A DNA stretch of 64,000 nucleotides from a virus, in the IMG/VR virus record IMGVR_UViG_3300011980_000002, positions 64,001 through 128,000 of that record; one strand, written 5' to 3'. Below, one piece after another: positions 62,629 through 64,000 of this stretch. The notes below the pieces were generated by a model. The model was not told where the DNA came from, did not search any database, and saw only the letters and a program-made list of their open reading frames with translations. How positions within the stretch are numbered: position 1 is the stretch's first letter; each line of letters begins with the position of its first letter. The position numbers were made by a program, and so were the translations under genes.

Positions 62629-62695
62629 GGCTACGCAAGTTAAAAGACTCTTACGAAGAGATGAGATTATGTATTTAAATACATAATCAGTAGCA
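62614..62695 (+). ncRNA. Omega-RNA-like 3' scaffold module of tnpB copy 2 (conserved part only)
   Basis: atactaaacgcttgaggctacgcaagttaaaagactcttacgaagagatgagattatgtatttaaatacataatcagtagca. Hairpin 3 is a perfect 12-bp palindrome. Confidence 0.55.
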
Positions 62696-62716
62696 TAATT
62701 TAGAGGACTAGAAATT

Positions 62717-63109
62717 ATGGCTATTACAAAAATGAAAATGTCTCAGCATTATGTAGGTACAACTTCCAGAGGAATGACTATGGTAAGTGAGAAAGGTTGT
62801 AAACCTGGTGGTACTATGCAAGTCTATGTTCCTGAACTTATGCCAGGTATAGAATTTGCTGCACCAGTACTTAGACTTACCATTACCAAAGGAGAAACTA
62901 TATTCGTTAATGCTGATGAATGTAAAATAACAACACCACCTTCAGTTAGGTCAAGAAACTATATAGAACCTAAGATGGAGAATAATGCTTCTTGGAATAA
63001 TATCGTAGAAGACCCTGATAAGACTAATATACCAAGAGGTACTAATGTAACTGTAAACTTTGTAGGAGAGAATATTTATAATCCTACATTCAATACTAAT
63101 CAAACTTAA
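62717..63109 (+). CDS. Hypothetical protein (130 aa), possibly small baseplate/spike OB-fold protein
   Basis: MQVYVPELMPG recalls the v-x-V-x-(I/V)-P-x-(L/I) start of gpV/gp5-type OB folds (weak). Confidence 0.35.
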   Translation: MAITKMKMSQHYVGTTSRGMTMVSEKGCKPGGTMQVYVPELMPGIEFAAPVLRLTITKGETIFVNADECKITTPPSVRSRNYIEPKMENNASWNNIVEDPDKTNIPRGTNVTVNFVGENIYNPTFNTNQT

Positions 63110-63129
63110 GAAAGTGAGGTATTTAAGTT

Positions 63130-63531
63130 ATGCAAATACCTGCTACAATTACTGAGCTAATTAGATGGGGTGAAACTGAAGAAGTATCTTATAGAAATCT
63201 TCATACAGAATTAATCGTTACTAATGAGCAAACTGACCATAATATAAAAATTCCATTAAATGATTATTTAGGAGACTATCGTTTCTTTATGAATAAGATT
63301 ATAATGGAAGTAGAAATGAATGATGATGAGATGGTTGTATATAAATGCAATCCTAAAGCATTATCATTAAAATTGTATGGAACTACAGAATATTGGTATG
63401 AGTTATTGGTACTTAATAACTGTATATCCAAATTAGACTTTGTGGAAAAGAAAGTTAAAGTATTTTTACCTAATAAGATTAAAGGATTTACCAATGAGGT
63501 AATGATATTAGAAAAGCTCCTTTCTAAGTAG
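63130..63531 (+). CDS. Hypothetical protein (133 aa), possible LysM/tail-X-like fold
   Basis: ALSLKLYGTTEYWYELLVLNNC..KVKVFLPN loosely fits the LysM-like pattern (weak). Confidence 0.3.
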   Translation: MQIPATITELIRWGETEEVSYRNLHTELIVTNEQTDHNIKIPLNDYLGDYRFFMNKIIMEVEMNDDEMVVYKCNPKALSLKLYGTTEYWYELLVLNNCISKLDFVEKKVKVFLPNKIKGFTNEVMILEKLLSK

Positions 63532-63597
63532 TAAATATGGGAAATTTATATACTATTAATTTAGGTATATTAAATATGGAAAGGAAAGAAGAAATAT

Positions 63598-64000
63598 ATG
63601 AAAAAAATTAAAGAGTTAAATAATATTAATGATACTTCATCATTCTTAGAAAAACTTCATACTTATCTTATTGGTAATAAGATATCTATAGATGATGTAT
63701 TAGAAGTTTTCCATAAGAGAATAGTACCATTAATAAGTTATTATATTTCCAAAGGTTCTAGTCAACCTTTGGAAAATTTTAACGACGAAGAAAGACAGAA
63801 TATATTTATGATAATAGAGATTTTACAATTTATCTATAATAATTCTGGTAAAGATACTGGAGTATCAGATATCGACTTTGATAACTTGTACGAGTTATAT
63901 CTATTATTTGGGAATGATGATATTATTGGTTCATCATTAAATACTAAAGTAAATATAGATAATCATAAATATCCATCATTAAGAGGTACATTAGATAAAA
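63598..64000 (+). CDS. NAD-dependent DNA ligase-like protein, N-terminal part (3' end outside window)
   Basis: Open frame to the window edge after ggaaaggaaag box. GVSDIDFDNLYELY and NHKYPSLRGTLDK resemble LigA (I/V)SDAEYDxLxxEL and HxxPMLSL. Confidence 0.4.
   Translation, partial: MKKIKELNNINDTSSFLEKLHTYLIGNKISIDDVLEVFHKRIVPLISYYISKGSSQPLENFNDEERQNIFMIIEILQFIYNNSGKDTGVSDIDFDNLYELYLLFGNDDIIGSSLNTKVNIDNHKYPSLRGTLDK

Noticed and set aside
1-64000. Global stop-codon reassignment (TGA read as Trp or Gly), prompted by the two in-frame TGAs.
   Set aside because: ORFs of 810-988 aa are uninterrupted in the standard code. TGA clearly terminates 3416..5359 (a new SD and gene follow in another frame) and both tnpB genes. 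Only local readthrough or pseudogenisation remains plausible.

Overview
Strongly AT-rich (hand counts of sample lines give roughly 25-30% G+C), densely coding 64-kb segment of a large tailed phage. It looks like a myovirus with T4-like core genes, probably infecting a low-GC Gram-positive host.

Recognisable genes:
- type II topoisomerase B-type (5'-truncated by the window) and A-type subunits
- an acidic scaffold-like protein followed by a major-capsid candidate
- a gp20-like portal, tail sheath and tail tube
- a tube-fold paralogue fused to an SH3b domain
- a tail-fibre-repeat protein
- the N-terminal part only of a family-B DNA polymerase
- an SbcD/Mre11-type nuclease
- a CHAP plus cell-wall-binding-repeat lysin interrupted by a 145-aa mini-intein at its catalytic Cys
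- a TnsA-like PD-(D/E)xK nuclease
- a partial NAD-ligase-like ORF at the 3' edge

Accessory and unusual content:
- A 12-member paralogue family (F) has a conserved N-terminal leader ending in LLE-DG, which looks like a prohead-protease or capsid-targeting signal. One member is gated by an A11 tract plus an in-frame TGA.
- A 4-member tandem family (G) also has one member split by an in-frame TGA.
- Two intact, divergent TnpB genes carry conserved omega-RNA-like 3' modules and have no TnpA. A third, orphan copy of that module sits after the tail tube gene.
- Several small genes of foreign (higher) G+C are each wired to a conserved phage promoter-like motif and their own terminator.

No rRNA, tRNA or CRISPR array was found. 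All calls come from reading motifs by eye; no database search was run.
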